64,000 nucleotides of DNA from Octopus vulgaris (lineage: Eukaryota). Made by a program: the position numbers and the translations under genes. Shown piece after piece: positions 1 through 12,470 of the stretch; the stretch's first letter is position 1; each line of letters opens with the position of its first letter. The stretch covers positions 26,350,001 through 26,414,000 of the forward strand of contig OX597841.1 of the NCBI GenBank assembly GCA_951406725.2, in the 5' to 3' direction. Below the pieces are notes generated by a model that did not search any database, was not told the origin of the DNA, and saw only the letters and a list, made by a program, of their open reading frames with translations.

Positions 1-25
1 AATAGTAATAATAATAAACAGAATA

Positions 26-454
26 GGCGCAGGAGTGGCTGTGTGGTAAGTAGCTTGTTTACCAACCACATGGTTCCGGGTTCAGTCCCACTACGTGGCA
101 TCTTGGGCAAGTATCTTCTGCTATAGCCTCGGGCCGACCAATGCCTGGTGAGTGGATTTGGTAGACGGAAACTGAAAGAAGCCTGTCGTATATATGTATA
201 TATATATATGTGTGTGTGTGTGTCTGTGTGTTTGTGTGTCTGTGTTTGTCCCCCTAGCATTGCTTGACAACCGATGCTGGTGTGTTTATGTCCCCGTCAC
301 TTAGCGGTTCGGCAAAAAGAGACCGATAGAATAAGTACTGGGCTTACAAAAGAATAAGTCCCGGGGTCGAGTTGCTCGATTAAAGGCGGTGCTCCAGCAT
401 GGCCGCAGTCAAATGACTTGAAACAAGTAAAAGAGTAAAGAGAGTAAAAGAGAG
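26..454 (+). mobile_element. tRNA-headed SINE, family A (internal (TA)n/(TG)n, CR1-like 3' tail)
   Basis: A-box-like TGGCTGTGTGG, B-box-like GGTTCAGTCCC, internal microsatellite, tail GGCGGTGCTCCAGCATGGCCGCAGTC...(GTAAAAGA)n; more than 15 copies in the window. Confidence 0.9.
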
Positions 455-510
455 AATCGCTCAAAATGTCGAATTTGTTAACTGAGTAAGATGACAACGT
501 CTTTTATACT

Positions 511-544
<34 letters not shown>

Positions 545-1009
545 GAACAATTTGGATTTTTGGCAAATTTTCTGAAGAATTGGCTGGTTTTATGGAATTT
601 TTAGAAAATTTTCGAGGTAAGTGTTTAATCTTTTTGCTTCAGTTTGTTCTATAAAAAAAAAAAAAATAAAATAAAAAAAAAATCATGTTTTAACTTTTTT
701 AACTGCGTAATTAATTTCCATGGTAATTTCCGTAATGATGTTAATTATCCGCTGAAAAAAAAAAATGTAATTGATATTTTCTGCTTTTACTATTTTTTGC
801 ATTGTACCTCTTGTGGGTACGGTTTTCATATCCACCGCTAAAAGTATTTCATTCTTGCTCTGAGATATTTGGTAGAATATGTGAAAAAAATTTTTAATGG
901 CAAAATAGCCTCTTGTAAGAAGTGACACTAGGAGTGTGTCACAGTTTCTCGCGTTACAAGGATAGGTTTTTATTCAAGGCCGTGGGGTAAAGCCGCTTTC
1001 CGCAGTTAA

Positions 1010-1235
1010 CCCATTAAATGCCAGAGTAATTAAATTTCTGAATATTACTTTTAAACTTTTTACAGATGATTGAAAATGGGTTAAAATTTTAAAAAAATAA
1101 TTATTAAAACTCCTTTACTTCAAGTAGAAATGGAAATACTCGGTGTCCTATAAATAGGACACTGGGACAATGTGATATAGCTTATTTAATATTCTCATTT
1201 AGTGTCTTATTTATAGGACAGTGGGACTTAATGGG
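1010..1235. mobile_element. piggyBac-like MITE
   Basis: TTAA at 1006-1009 and 1236-1239 flank imperfect TIRs CCCATTAA...TTAATGGG; two subterminal GTGTCYTATWWATAGGACA near-palindromes. Confidence 0.75.
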
Positions 1236-1317
1236 TTAAGATTATAAAATTTCGAGGATATCGAGCTGGTGAAATTTAAGCTACATATGTTTCCTAGCTG
1301 GTATATATATATATATA

Positions 1318-1874
1318 TAATTAATAATAATAAAATATTAGGGAGTAAATCCAAACTTACAGGGAAAAATTAGATTTAGGATTAAATCTAATTTTATAGT
1401 ATAAATATAAATATATATTATATTAAATTAGAGATAAAACCACTATTAGGCAAATTGAACAGTGAAAATCTTAAGCCAATACATAGAAATAAAATTAATT
1501 AAAAAATCTAAAAAATATAAAGTATAAAATATAAAAATCCAATTTCTAGAAACAAAATCCTTAATATTATTAATAAGTTTCAAAATATATTCTTTTCTAG
1601 AAGGTATTGGAATATCCTTCAAAGATGAACTCCAAAATAGCGGTTCTATCTTACCTGTAAATTTCATGATTTACGAAATTAAGATATTACACTCAATATA
1701 CGTAATTTATCAATATATTAATTAATAATAATAAAATATTAGGGAGTAAATCCAAACTTACAGGGAAAAATTAGATTTAGGATTAAATCCAATTTTATAG
1801 TATTAATATAAATATATATTATATTAAATTAGAGATAAAACCACTATTAGGCAAATCAGTGAAAATCATAAGCC
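1318..1874 (-). mobile_element. Penelope-like element fragment with direct terminal repeats (pseudo-LTR-like)
   Basis: ~158-bp direct repeat (1318-1477, 1719-1874) flanks ORF 1446-1667, whose SLKDIPIPSRKEYILKLINNIKDFVSR resembles from memory the N-terminus of Penelope-like ORFs; abuts (TA)n. Confidence 0.55.
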
Positions 1875-2148
1875 TTCTGTACTTATGTACTTATATATTT
1901 GAAATCCTTCGATGTTGGTACACGACGTCGCTCACCCACATGACCTTTCCTTATGACACAGAAAGGTCAATACCGAAGGATCGCCATATATTTATATAAT
2001 GCTTTCTGCACGTCAGTTTGTCAAACATTACGAGAAAAAGAATTGATATAGCTAATCGATAATAGCTGATATAATTTCCTACATATCCTGGTAACTAAAC
2101 GTCGGAAACAAATAATTATTTACATGGTGGATAAAAAAAAGGTAGTTG

Positions 2149-2803
2149 GCCGCGTTTTCCCTCATACATGTCGAATTTTTCAAACCAAAATTTAGAGCCC
2201 AAAATAAGGAGCTTGAGTTATATACCGAGACAGCTTCGGGGGACTGAAAATTAATTGTGAGATGCAGCAGGATTTGGGAAAGATAATGACAATATTTTCA
2301 TACAATGTGGGTTTGTATAAAAGAGAGAGAGAGAGGAAGAGAGAGAGAGAGAGGCAGATGAATAACTACCAGGCTCATGGGCCCGGTTTCCCGGTTTCTA
2401 TGGCGTATGTATTCCCCAGCTGGACGGGTCGCCAGTCCATCGCAGCGTTACTCATTTTTGCCGGCTGAGTGGACTGGAGCAACGTGAAAATGAAGTGTTT
2501 TGCTCAAGAACACAACGCATCACCCGGTCCAGGAATCGAAACTACGACCATACGATCATGAGATCAACACCCTAACCACTAAACCACGCACCCCCACATT
2601 TTTTGGTATGCAAGTTGAAATTTTGAGATCAAAATTTACAACCAAATAAGATAGGTCAACTAATATACCAAGACAACTTCGCAGGGCCAATAATTCTATG
2701 TTAAATGCAGCTAGATTTGGAAAGATATCGATGACGTTTAAATGTTTACACTACGTATTTTTGTACTATATTCTACGTCAACTTATATACCGGAAAACAC
2801 CGT
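2149..2803. mobile_element. degenerate non-autonomous Tc1/mariner-superfamily (pogo/Tigger-like) element, interrupted by a SINE
   Basis: Right end GTCAACTTATATACCGGAAAACACCG-TA; decayed left end CCGCGTTTTCCCTCATACATGTCGA; internal repeats of the TATACC motif near 2220 and 2663. Confidence 0.45.
2366..2597 (-). mobile_element. tRNA-headed SINE, family D (V-SINE-like body)
   Basis: Minus strand TGGTTTAGTGGTTAGG...GTTTCGATTCC head, then TGTGTTCTTGAGCAA and GCGATGGACTGGCGACCCGTCCAG; decayed copy at ~55270-55400. Confidence 0.75.
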
Positions 2804-3511
2804 ATGCGTATAAATGTGTGTATGTGTTTTGTAGCATGTATATAATGATTACCTACAGTATTTTCTGGCTTGCAAGTCGAAGTTTACAGATAAAAATTTA
2901 CAGCCACAAAAAGACGAGCAAAAATTCCCTGTGAAATGCAGCAGGGTTTGGAAAGATGGTGACACTCTTTGAACGCTTACATTCCTTTGTAGATCTAAAA
3001 CCTTTCTTTGGAAGTAGAATTTTTGAAAACTTTGGGGTCGAGTATGGTTCGCTTCCTTTAGAGGTCCTGCTACAGACGTCCAGCAGATGTTTGGGAGGGT
3101 GGGGTGTGAACTCATCCAGATGATGACATCGATGCTGTCTGGACCTGGTATCTTAACGCTTCCTCAACAGTTTGGGGATTTCTGAAGCACTTTCATGGTG
3201 AAGCCTTAACGGTTGTTCCTTCCTGGATCCACTTCGAGAAACCTGCCATACGCCGCATCCACGCCTCCCAGAACAAGCCAGGCGCCTTCATGCACACATA
3301 CCTACATACACACATATACACAATGCAAAAGCACCCTACATACTACAATAATCAGTAAAATAGAAGACAACATTTAAAAATCTGTTCTTTCAGTGCGGTT
3401 CGTTAACAAATGATCCGCGGCCCAGAATTGGTGGTTGGAGACCCCTGATATGCATGAGTACAGTTCATAATCTCAAGCCAGTAATGTAGAATATTGCACG
3501 TATTGTGTACT

Positions 3512-3907
3512 GGAATTGGGATTGGAAGCACTCCGTCGGTTGCGACGACGAGGGTTCCGGTTGATCAGAATCAACGGAACAGCCTGCTCGTGAAATTAAC
3601 GTGCAAGTGGTTGAGCACTCCACAGACACGTGCACCCTTAACGTAGTTCTCGGGGATATTCAGCGTGACACAGAGAGTGACAAGGCCGGCCCTTTGAAAT
3701 ACAGGTACAACAGAAACAGGAAGTAAGAGTGAGAGAAAGTTGTGGTGAAAGAGTACAGCAGGGATCACCACCATCCCCTGCCGGAGCCTCGTGGAGCTTT
3801 AGGTGTTTTCGCTCAATAAACACTCACAACGCCCGGTCTGGGAATCGAAACCGCGATCCTACGACCGCGAGTCCGCTGCCCTAACCACTAGGCCATTGCG
3901 CCTCCAC
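3512..3907 (-). mobile_element. tRNA-headed SINE, family B, full length
   Basis: Minus strand GTGGAGGCGCAATGGCCTAGTGGTTAGGG...GGTTTCGATTCCC head; 3' end GACGGAGTGCTTCCA; flanked by a 224-bp direct repeat. Confidence 0.9.
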
Positions 3908-4607
3908 TCATGCACACATACCTACATACACACATATACACAATGCAAAAGCACCCTACATACTACAATAATCAGTAAAATAGAAGACAACATTTAAAAA
4001 TCTGTTCTTTCAGTGCGGTTCGTTAACAAATGATCCGCGACTCAGAATTGGTGGTTGGAGATCCCTGATATGCATGAGTACAGTTCATAATCTCAAGCCG
4101 GTAATGTAGAATAATGCACGTATTGTGTACTACATCAGAAAAATTCTTGACTAGTTCATCAACTTCTACTAGTTTTGCGCAGTCGATTTGTTCCACAAAA
4201 TCTCTGTCCGGTACTTAAGTTCTTGAAGTAACTTATCTGCCATTGGCATGAATCGGTTTTTGTGGGGAAAGGTGGACTCTTCCAGATTATGGCATCGATG
4301 CAACCTGGACCTGGTACCTTAACGTTTCTTCAACACTCAGCGGATTTTTGAAGCACTTCTATGGTAAATCGTTAACGGTAATTACTTCCTGAGTTCGCTT
4401 CGAGGAACCTGCGACGCACAGCCTTTGTGCACTCACCCACGCATCACAGAACGGGCCATGCACCTTCGCTCATATGCATACACACACACACACTCACTCT
4501 TTCTCTCTCTCTCTCTCTCTTTGGAAAATCACCCTATGGACTGCGATAGTCAGTAAAATTGAAAGTAATATATAAAAACCTATTTTTCTCGTGCAGTTCC
4601 GTAACAA

Positions 4608-5147
4608 ATGGTCGGCGGCCCAGAAGTAATCGGTGGCCCAGAAATGATCGGCGGCCCAGAAATAATCGGCGGCTCAGAAATGATCGGTGGCCCAGAAATG
4701 ATCGGTGGCCCAGAAATAATCGGCGGCCCAGAAATGATCGGCGGCCCAGAAGTGACCGGCGGCCCAGAAATGACCGGTGGCCCAGAAGTAACCGGCGGCC
4801 CCGAAATGATCGGCGGCCCAGAAATGATCGGTGGCCCAGAAATAATCGGCGGCCCAGAAATAATCGGCGTCCCAGAAATGATCGGTGGCTCAGAAATGAT
4901 CGGTGGCCCAGAAATAATCGGCGGCCCAGAAATGATCGGTGTCCCAGAAATGATCGGCCGCCTAGAAGTGACCGGCGGCCCAGAAATGACCGGTGGCCCA
5001 GAAATGACCGGTGGCCCAGAAATGACCGAAGGCCCAGAAGTGATCGGTGTCCCAGAAGTGACCGGCCGCCCAGAAGTGACCGGCGGCCCAGAAATGACTG
5101 GCGGCCCAGAAATGACCGGCGGCCCAGAAATAATCCATGGCCCAGAT
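4608..5147. repeat. 18-bp GC-rich minisatellite, 30 units (consensus ATGATCGGYGGCCCAGAA)
   Basis: Uninterrupted 18-bp period; open in three frames (MIGGPE, NDRRPR, ISGPPI repeats). Confidence 0.95.
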
Positions 5148-5465
5148 ATCAACCGGGACCAGAACAGGTGGCTGAAGAACCCTGATTTACAGCACTATTG
5201 ATCATAATCTCCCGCCAATAATGTAGAATAATGCGCCTATTGTATACTACAAAAGTAAAGTTCTTGCACAGTTTCGCACCTTTTCCAAGTTTCACGCAGT
5301 CGATTTGTTCCACAGAATCTCTTTCCGGTGCATATGTTTTTGCAGTAACATATTTGCTATTGATGTGAATCGGTTTTATGAATCGGTTTTATGATCGGGT
5401 TTGCTGTGTATACATTTTGCGTGTGTGTGTGTGTGTGTGTGTGTGTTTGAGCGAGGTGGGGGGGG

Positions 5466-5647
5466 GGGCTGTGTGATATGAGGCTTGCCTCCCAACTACA
5501 TGGTTCCAGGTTCAGTCCTACTGCATGGCATCTTGGCCAAGTGTCTTCTACTGTAGCCTCTAGGCTCGGGCGGACCAGAACTGCGTAAGTGGATTTGGTA
5601 GTCGGAAACTGAAAAAAACCCCATCGTCTACACATACTCACACATAC

Positions 5648-5696
<49 letters not shown>

Positions 5697-5811
5697 CTTT
5701 CTCACTCTGTCTCACACACACACGCTCACACACACACGCTCACACACAAACACGCATACATATAATATATACGTGTATGTGTGTTTGTACCCCTCCACCG
5801 CTTGACAACCG

Positions 5812-5882
<71 letters not shown>

Positions 5883-6213
5883 CATACATACATATATATA
5901 TATATATGTACATATATACACACACACATACACATACACACACACACTCATACTCACACTCTTTCTCACTCTGTCTCACACACTCGCTCACACTAAAACG
6001 CGCATACATATAATATATATGTGTATGTGTGTTTGTACCCCTCCACCGCTTGACAACCGGTGTTGGTGTGTTTACCTCTCCGTACCTTAGCGATTCGGTA
6101 AAAGTGAAAGGAGAATATATTCCTCGGTTAAAAGACTACTGAGGTTGGTTCGTTCGACGAAAAAAGAAAACGGTAATGTCCCAGTATGACCACCATCTCA
6201 TAACTGAAACAAG
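5466..6213 (+). mobile_element. diverged SINE family A with expanded, partly duplicated microsatellite core
   Basis: Head 5466-5630, tail 6030-6213; internal duplication 5690-5812 versus 5950-6062. Confidence 0.75.
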
Positions 6214-6243
6214 TATATATGTGTATATATAAATGTTCGTGTA

Positions 6244-6379
<136 letters not shown>

Positions 6380-6393
6380 CCGTTAATATATAA

Positions 6394-6424
<31 letters not shown>

Positions 6425-6427
<3 letters not shown>

Positions 6428-6822
6428 TTATATATTAAAGAGAAGTTGTGTGTCTGTCTCCTACGATTTAGATTCCTAACTACTCCCACATTTTGCGGTG
6501 CAGTTTAACCAAAACCGGGTATCTTATAGTCGTGATTCATATCGAGCCCTTCTGGGTATTAGCGCGCGTCTACAATGAGTCTACGATTTAAAAAAAATTT
6601 ACCATCATTTTTTTCCATTTTAATGCATTTTTTCACTATTATATAAGGGAAGTAACTCTCTAAAAATGTCTACGATGAGTCAACGATTTAAAAAAAAAAT
6701 TTACCATAATTTTTTTCCATTTTTAATGTATTTTTTTTGCTATTTTTTGGCTATAACTCTCTAAAAATGCTTATATAGTTATTTCCCTTACAAACCCGAG
6801 CAACGCCGGGCGATACTGCTAG
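6425..6822 (+). mobile_element. non-autonomous Helitron
   Basis: 5' TC, 3' hairpin CCCGAGCAACGCCGGG then CTAG; inserted between A and T in (TA)n with no TSD; near-identical copy at 50244-50643. Confidence 0.85.
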
Positions 6823-6855
<33 letters not shown>

Positions 6856-6858
<3 letters not shown>

Positions 6859-7052
6859 GTCTAAGAATCCATCAATCAGAAAATTTAGGCTCTCGTATAT
6901 TTGTTAATAAAGGAGGATATTAAAGTAATATATCTTACCAATCGGTTTCGCACCGGTTGTCAGATAACGGACATTTATCCTATGCGCATACTCCTCAGGG
7001 ATGGCGGGTTTGGAAAAAATATGGCGACTGCTTTCTGTTAGTAGCGTCAAGC
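6856..7052 (-). mobile_element. probable Penelope-like terminal fragment with degenerate hammerhead motif
   Basis: Sits in TA-rich microsatellite; minus strand CC-CTGAGGA-GTAT...GTGC-GAAA-CCGATT-GG at 6938-7000. Confidence 0.4.
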
Positions 7053-7296
7053 AATACATATATGAATGCACATACAGATATGTATTTTTATGTATATATT
7101 TCTATATGTGCTTATACACACACACATACACACACACATATGTATATGTATGTATTATTTTCAATAAATACATATATATGTATACATTCGACTACAGACT
7201 GATATTTTATGTTATGTAGAAGGAAGCAAGTGGGGATAACTGCGTTTACTTGTATGCATATATAACAGTATATATAAACATGAAACAGACGTTTCA

Positions 7297-7469
7297 GGCG
7301 CAGGAGTGGCTGTGTGGTAAGTAGCTTGTTTACCAACCACATGGTTCCAGGTTCAATCCCACTGTGTGGCACCTTGGGCAAGTGTCTTCTGCTATAGCCT
7401 CGGGCCGACCAAAGCCTTGTGAGTGGATTTGGTAGACGGAAACTGAAAGAAGCCCGTCGTATATATGTA

Positions 7470-7516
<47 letters not shown>

Positions 7517-7737
7517 ATGTGCGTGTCTGTGTTTGTCCCCCTAGCATTGCTTGACAACCGATGCTGGTGTGTTTATGTCCACATTACTTAGCGGTTCGGC
7601 AAAAGAGACCGATAGAATAAGTACTGGGCTTACAAAGAATAAGTCCCGGGGTCGAGTTGCTCGACGAAAGGCGGTGCTCCAGCATGGCCGCAGTCAAATG
7701 ACTGAAACAAGTAAAAGAGTAAAAGAGTAAAAGAGAG
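7297..7737 (+). mobile_element. SINE family A
   Basis: Full-length match to 26-454. Confidence 0.9.
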
Positions 7738-7941
7738 TTTGTCCCCCCTCCACATATCCGCTATAACAAATGCATTGCTATCTGTGTATAGGTGTTTATG
7801 TGGTTTGGGTATATACATATATGTATGCTTTGCAAAAGTATGCATACATGTATATGTACACACACGACAATAGCAAACGTACACAGAGTACGATCATTGC
7901 TAGAAATAGCAGCCGGTAAGTTTACGGCGCTATGCCGTTGT

Positions 7942-8572
7942 AGCACTCCGTCGGTTACGACGGCGAGGGTTCCAGTTGATCCGATTAACGGAACAGCCTG
8001 CTTGTGAAATTAACGTGCAAGTGGCTGAGCACTCCACAGACACGTGTATCCTTGGCGTAGTTCTCGGGGAGATTCAGCGTGACGCAGAGTGTGACAAGGT
8101 TGGCCCCTTTGAAAAACAGGTACAACAGAAACAGGAAGAAAGAGTGAGAGAAAGTTGTGGTGAAAGAGTACAGCAGGGCTCACAACCACCCCCTGCAGGA
8201 GCACTCCGTCGGTTACGACGACGAGGGTTCCAGTTGATCCGAATCAACGGAACAGCCTGCTCGTGAAATTAACGTGCAAGTGGCTGAGCACTCCACAGAC
8301 ACGTGTACCCTTAACGTAGTTCTCGGGGATATTCAGCGTGACACAGAGAGTGACAAGGCCGGCCCCTTCAGATACAGGTACAACAGAAACAGGAAGTAAG
8401 AGTGAGAGAAAGTTGTGGTGAAAGAATACAGCAGGATTCACCATCATCCCCTGCTGGAGCCTCGTGGAGCTTTAGGTGTTTTCGCTCAATGAACACAACG
8501 CCCGGTCTGGGAATCGAAACCGCGATCCTACGACCGCGAGTCCGCTGCCCCAACCACTGAGCCATTGCACAT
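7942..8572 (-). mobile_element. SINE family B, head-to-tail 1.7-mer
   Basis: Full copy 8199-8572 joined to a 3' part-copy 7942-8198 at GGAGC. Confidence 0.85.
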
Positions 8573-9050
8573 CTACACGACGCCTGTGTGTGTGTGTGTC
8601 TTCTCGGATCTCGGGCATCCTCCATCTGATTGCGCTCAAATTTGATATGTAGATGCAATCGATAAAGCCGTTTTTGTCCTTCCTTTCTTCCGTCAACCCG
8701 TACATAACTGCACCTTCCATTTTTTGTTGTTTTTGTACTGCTTAAAGGCACGTTTCTTTCCTGCCAAGCTTACTGTTTAAATCATGTTTGTGTTCTCCCA
8801 GTCAACAGCCTTATCATTACTGGTACTTTAAACTCTTCGGTTGCATATTTGTGTGAATAAAATCGTTTTTCTTTGGAACAGGAAAAAAGTCTATCATTAT
8901 TTCATCGTTTGCTGGTGTCTCAAATTTAGGTTAAATCAGTGTTTCTCGAAGGGGAGGCCTATGGGACGGTCGGACAAGTTGTTTTGAGAAAATTTGGTTT
9001 AAATGTTTGACAACTCAGCACCGTCCATTGGACGGGGGACGTTTTGCTCG

Positions 9051-9081
<31 letters not shown>

Positions 9082-9235
9082 GTGTGTATGTGTGTGTGTG
9101 TGTGTATCTGTTTATAGAGAAAATATATATCGAAGATTCTAGAAGGTGAACTAAAGAGCTAGGGAGAGAGAGGGAGACAGGATACCTAACTGTGAATGAG
9201 AGGAGGGGAAAAGAGAAAGAATTCAACACTAAACA

Positions 9236-9283
<48 letters not shown>

Positions 9284-9419
9284 ATACATCATACGTATAT
9301 ATATTTAAGTATGGATGGATGTGTGTATGTATGTATATGTATTAAGCAGACGCTTGCATTGTGTGGAGGTAATCAACAGGTAAAGTACAGAGATATGATA
9401 TGCTGTATACGGTTGCGTA

Positions 9420-10040
<621 letters not shown>

Positions 10041-10194
10041 AGAATAACTATGTCAGAAATACCACTGACGCTATTTTGGAAACGATGCATGAAGTCTGAG
10101 AATGATCCTGATTTTGTGTTTAGCAGAATGGAGTCGGGGGTTGAGGGGCGGGGAGATGTCATGGGGAAGCAATGGAGGGGAGGGGATGGAGATG

Positions 10195-11185
10195 ACGGTG
10201 GCAGTGGTGGTGGCTGCGGTGTCGGCGGCGGTGGCGGGCGTTGTGGTGGTGGTGGTGGTGTTGGTGGTGGTGTTAGTAATTTTGGTAGATATATTAGTAG
10301 TAGAAGCGGTGGTAGTAGTAGTGTCAGATGTTATAGAGATGATGGAGGTAGTTGTTGCGGTCGTGGCAGTGGTGTTAGACATCTTGCAAGAGATGGCGGT
10401 GGTAGTAACGGTGATAGTAGTGGTGGTGGTTTAATGGTAGTAGTGCTGTTAGAGTTAGTAGTGATGGTGGTAGTGATCATGAATAGTAGTGGTGGCGGTG
10501 GTAGTGCTGTTAAAGGTAGGTGTAGTAGTGGTGGGGGTGATGGTGATCATGAATAGTGGTGGTTGTGGTAGTGGTGATAGCGGTAGTAATGGTGGTGGTA
10601 GTGCTGTTAGAGGTAGTTGTAATAGTGGTGGTGGTTTTGGTGGTAGTAGTGCTGTTAGACGTAGTTATGGTGGTGGTGGTGGTGGTGAGGGTGATCATCA
10701 ATAGTGGTGGTGGTAGTGGTGATGACGGTAGTGGTGGTGGTGGTGGTAGTGCTGTTAGAGGTAGTTGTAATAGTGGTGGTGGTTTTGGTGGTAGTAGTGC
10801 TGTTGGACGTAGTTATTGTGGTGGTGGTGGTGGTGAGGGTGATCATCAATAGTGGTGGTAGTAGTGGTGATGACGGTTGTGGTGGTGGTGGTGGTAGTGC
10901 TGTTAGAGGTTATGGTGGTGGCGATGATGGTGACCGTGATAGTGGTGGTGGTATTGGTGGTGGTTGTTTTGATAGTAGTTCTGTTAGAGGTAACTGTAAT
11001 GGTGGTGGTGGTGGTGGTAGTGCTCTTAGAGGTAGTTGTCGTGGTGGTGGTTGTAGTCGACGTAGTCGTTGTAACCGTCAGTGTTTACTAGTGGTGAGAC
11101 GGTGGCGGTGATAGTGCTGGTGGTATTGGAAATGGTTTATTCTCATAGTAATGTCAGTTGTTGGCGGTGGCGGTGGTGGGAGTGG
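10195..11185. repeat. (GGT/AGT/GAT)n low-complexity region with ~148-bp internal duplications
   Basis: 10556-10703 resembles 10704-10851; recurrent GTAGTGCTGTTAGAG. Confidence 0.9.
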
Positions 11186-11664
11186 CGTGAAGATATATCT
11201 GAGCCAATGAAGGTGTCGTCTACATGGTAGCTAGACTTGGTAGAAATAGCAGCTAAATCTCCTTCAAATCACACCTTTCATATGTATGTATTTATGTATG
11301 TATAATCCAATGAAGGAGACCTCTACATAGTAACTAGGCATTGTAGAAATAGCTGCCAAATCTTCCTCAAATCATTCCCCACAAAATTGACTGAATTCTG
11401 CCATTAAACCAGCAGGTCGGAATAAATAATCAACTCTGTCCAGAGTTGCCTCTCTTCTGCATTTCCCATTGATAATGGCCAAACAGGTAGAAACCGGTGC
11501 TGAGTATACGATAGGGGAAAGCACTTGGCAGATGTGATGTTTTTACACTATTTTACCATAAGAGAGAATTTGTTTTGTCCATGGTAATTGCAGAGAATTT
11601 GCCTTTAGAAGTTGAAATGTGTCACAAACATATTTTAAATAACATGAAGTTCAGTTTTGCCTAA

Positions 11665-12470
11665 ACACTGCCTGGCGCAGAGGGGAGAGGGCCGATGCGT
11701 TGTAGATGCTAAGCTTCATCTTCCGAGAGATATGTTTCTTTATTACCCACAAGGGGCTAAACACAGAGGGGACAAACAAGGACAAACAAAGGAATTAAGT
11801 CGATTACATCGACCCCAGTGCGTAACTGGTACTTAATTTATCGACCCCGAAAGAATGAAAGGCAAAGTCGACCTCGGCGGAATTTGAACTCAGAATGTAA
11901 CGGCAGACGAAATATGGCTACGCATTTCGCCAGGCGTGCTAACGTTTCTGCCAGCTCGCCGCCATTATCATATCATTATCATATCATATCATCTTCCGAG
12001 AGATAGAACAGTGACGCCAGAGGGGCTTCCATAGGGAGGACGTGGCCCAAGCCGAAAGACCACATTTGCTGTTGATCTCCGGAGTCAAGTCCGTATTGTT
12101 GGTGACTGTGGAACCCAGGTAGATGAAGGAGCTGACAGGCTCCACAACGTTGGGGGCTATTATGGAGAAGGGAGTGGGTCGGGCATCTCCGACATGCATC
12201 AGTTAGGTCTTCCCCCAACTCAGCTGAAAGCCAAGCTTTACTAATACCTCCTTGCAAATGGTTTGAGCATTCCTGAGCTGGTCGATCGGGTTGCTGTATT
12301 GAATGATATCGTCCGCAAACTCCTGGTCGATAAGGTAATAGTTCCCGAAGGTGACACCAGAGACCCACTGGCAAACCTGGGTGATGAGATAATCGGTGAT
12401 ATAGTCCAAGTGGTCGGGGGCGGCCACGAAGCCCTGTCTAACCCAACGTTTGATGGGAAATCAGTCTGAG
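11665..12470 (-). pseudogene. RTE-clade LINE reverse-transcriptase fragment, interrupted by a SINE
   Basis: QEFADDI, LGFQLSWGKT, VEPVSSFIYLGSTVT...EINSK, LWKPLWRH; frameshifted; diverged partial duplicate at 12575-12820 and 13230-13330. Confidence 0.8.
11733..11963 (-). mobile_element. tRNA-headed SINE, family C monomer (MetaSINE-like central domain)
   Basis: GGCGGCGAGCTGGCAGAA...GAGTTCAAATTCC head; GCCTTTCATTCTTTCGGGGTCGATAAATTAAGTACCAG core; 17-bp TSD TCATCTTCCGAGAGATA at 11716-11732 and 11989-12005. Confidence 0.9.

Larger units (their letters stand above)
3105..5400. repeat. old tandem duplication of a ~550-bp module containing a hAT/Charlie-like terminus
   Basis: 3105-3290 resembles 4272-4470; 3340-3511, 3960-4131 and 4530-5250 resemble each other; 4132-4260 resembles 5250-5380; minus strand CAGGGGTCTCCAACC...GGGCCGCGGATCATTTG resembles Charlie-type ends. 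Confidence 0.7.

Noticed and set aside
3105-3290. Open frame DIDAVWTWYLNASS...LKHF conserved with paralogue 4272-4470
   Set aside because: The paralogue has an in-frame stop, there is no start or splice context and no recognised domain; similarity is explained by duplication
10062-10125. Possible small exon on the minus strand (GSFSDFMHRFQNSVS)
   Set aside because: Acceptor lacks a polypyrimidine tract, the donor is weak and no partner exons were identified
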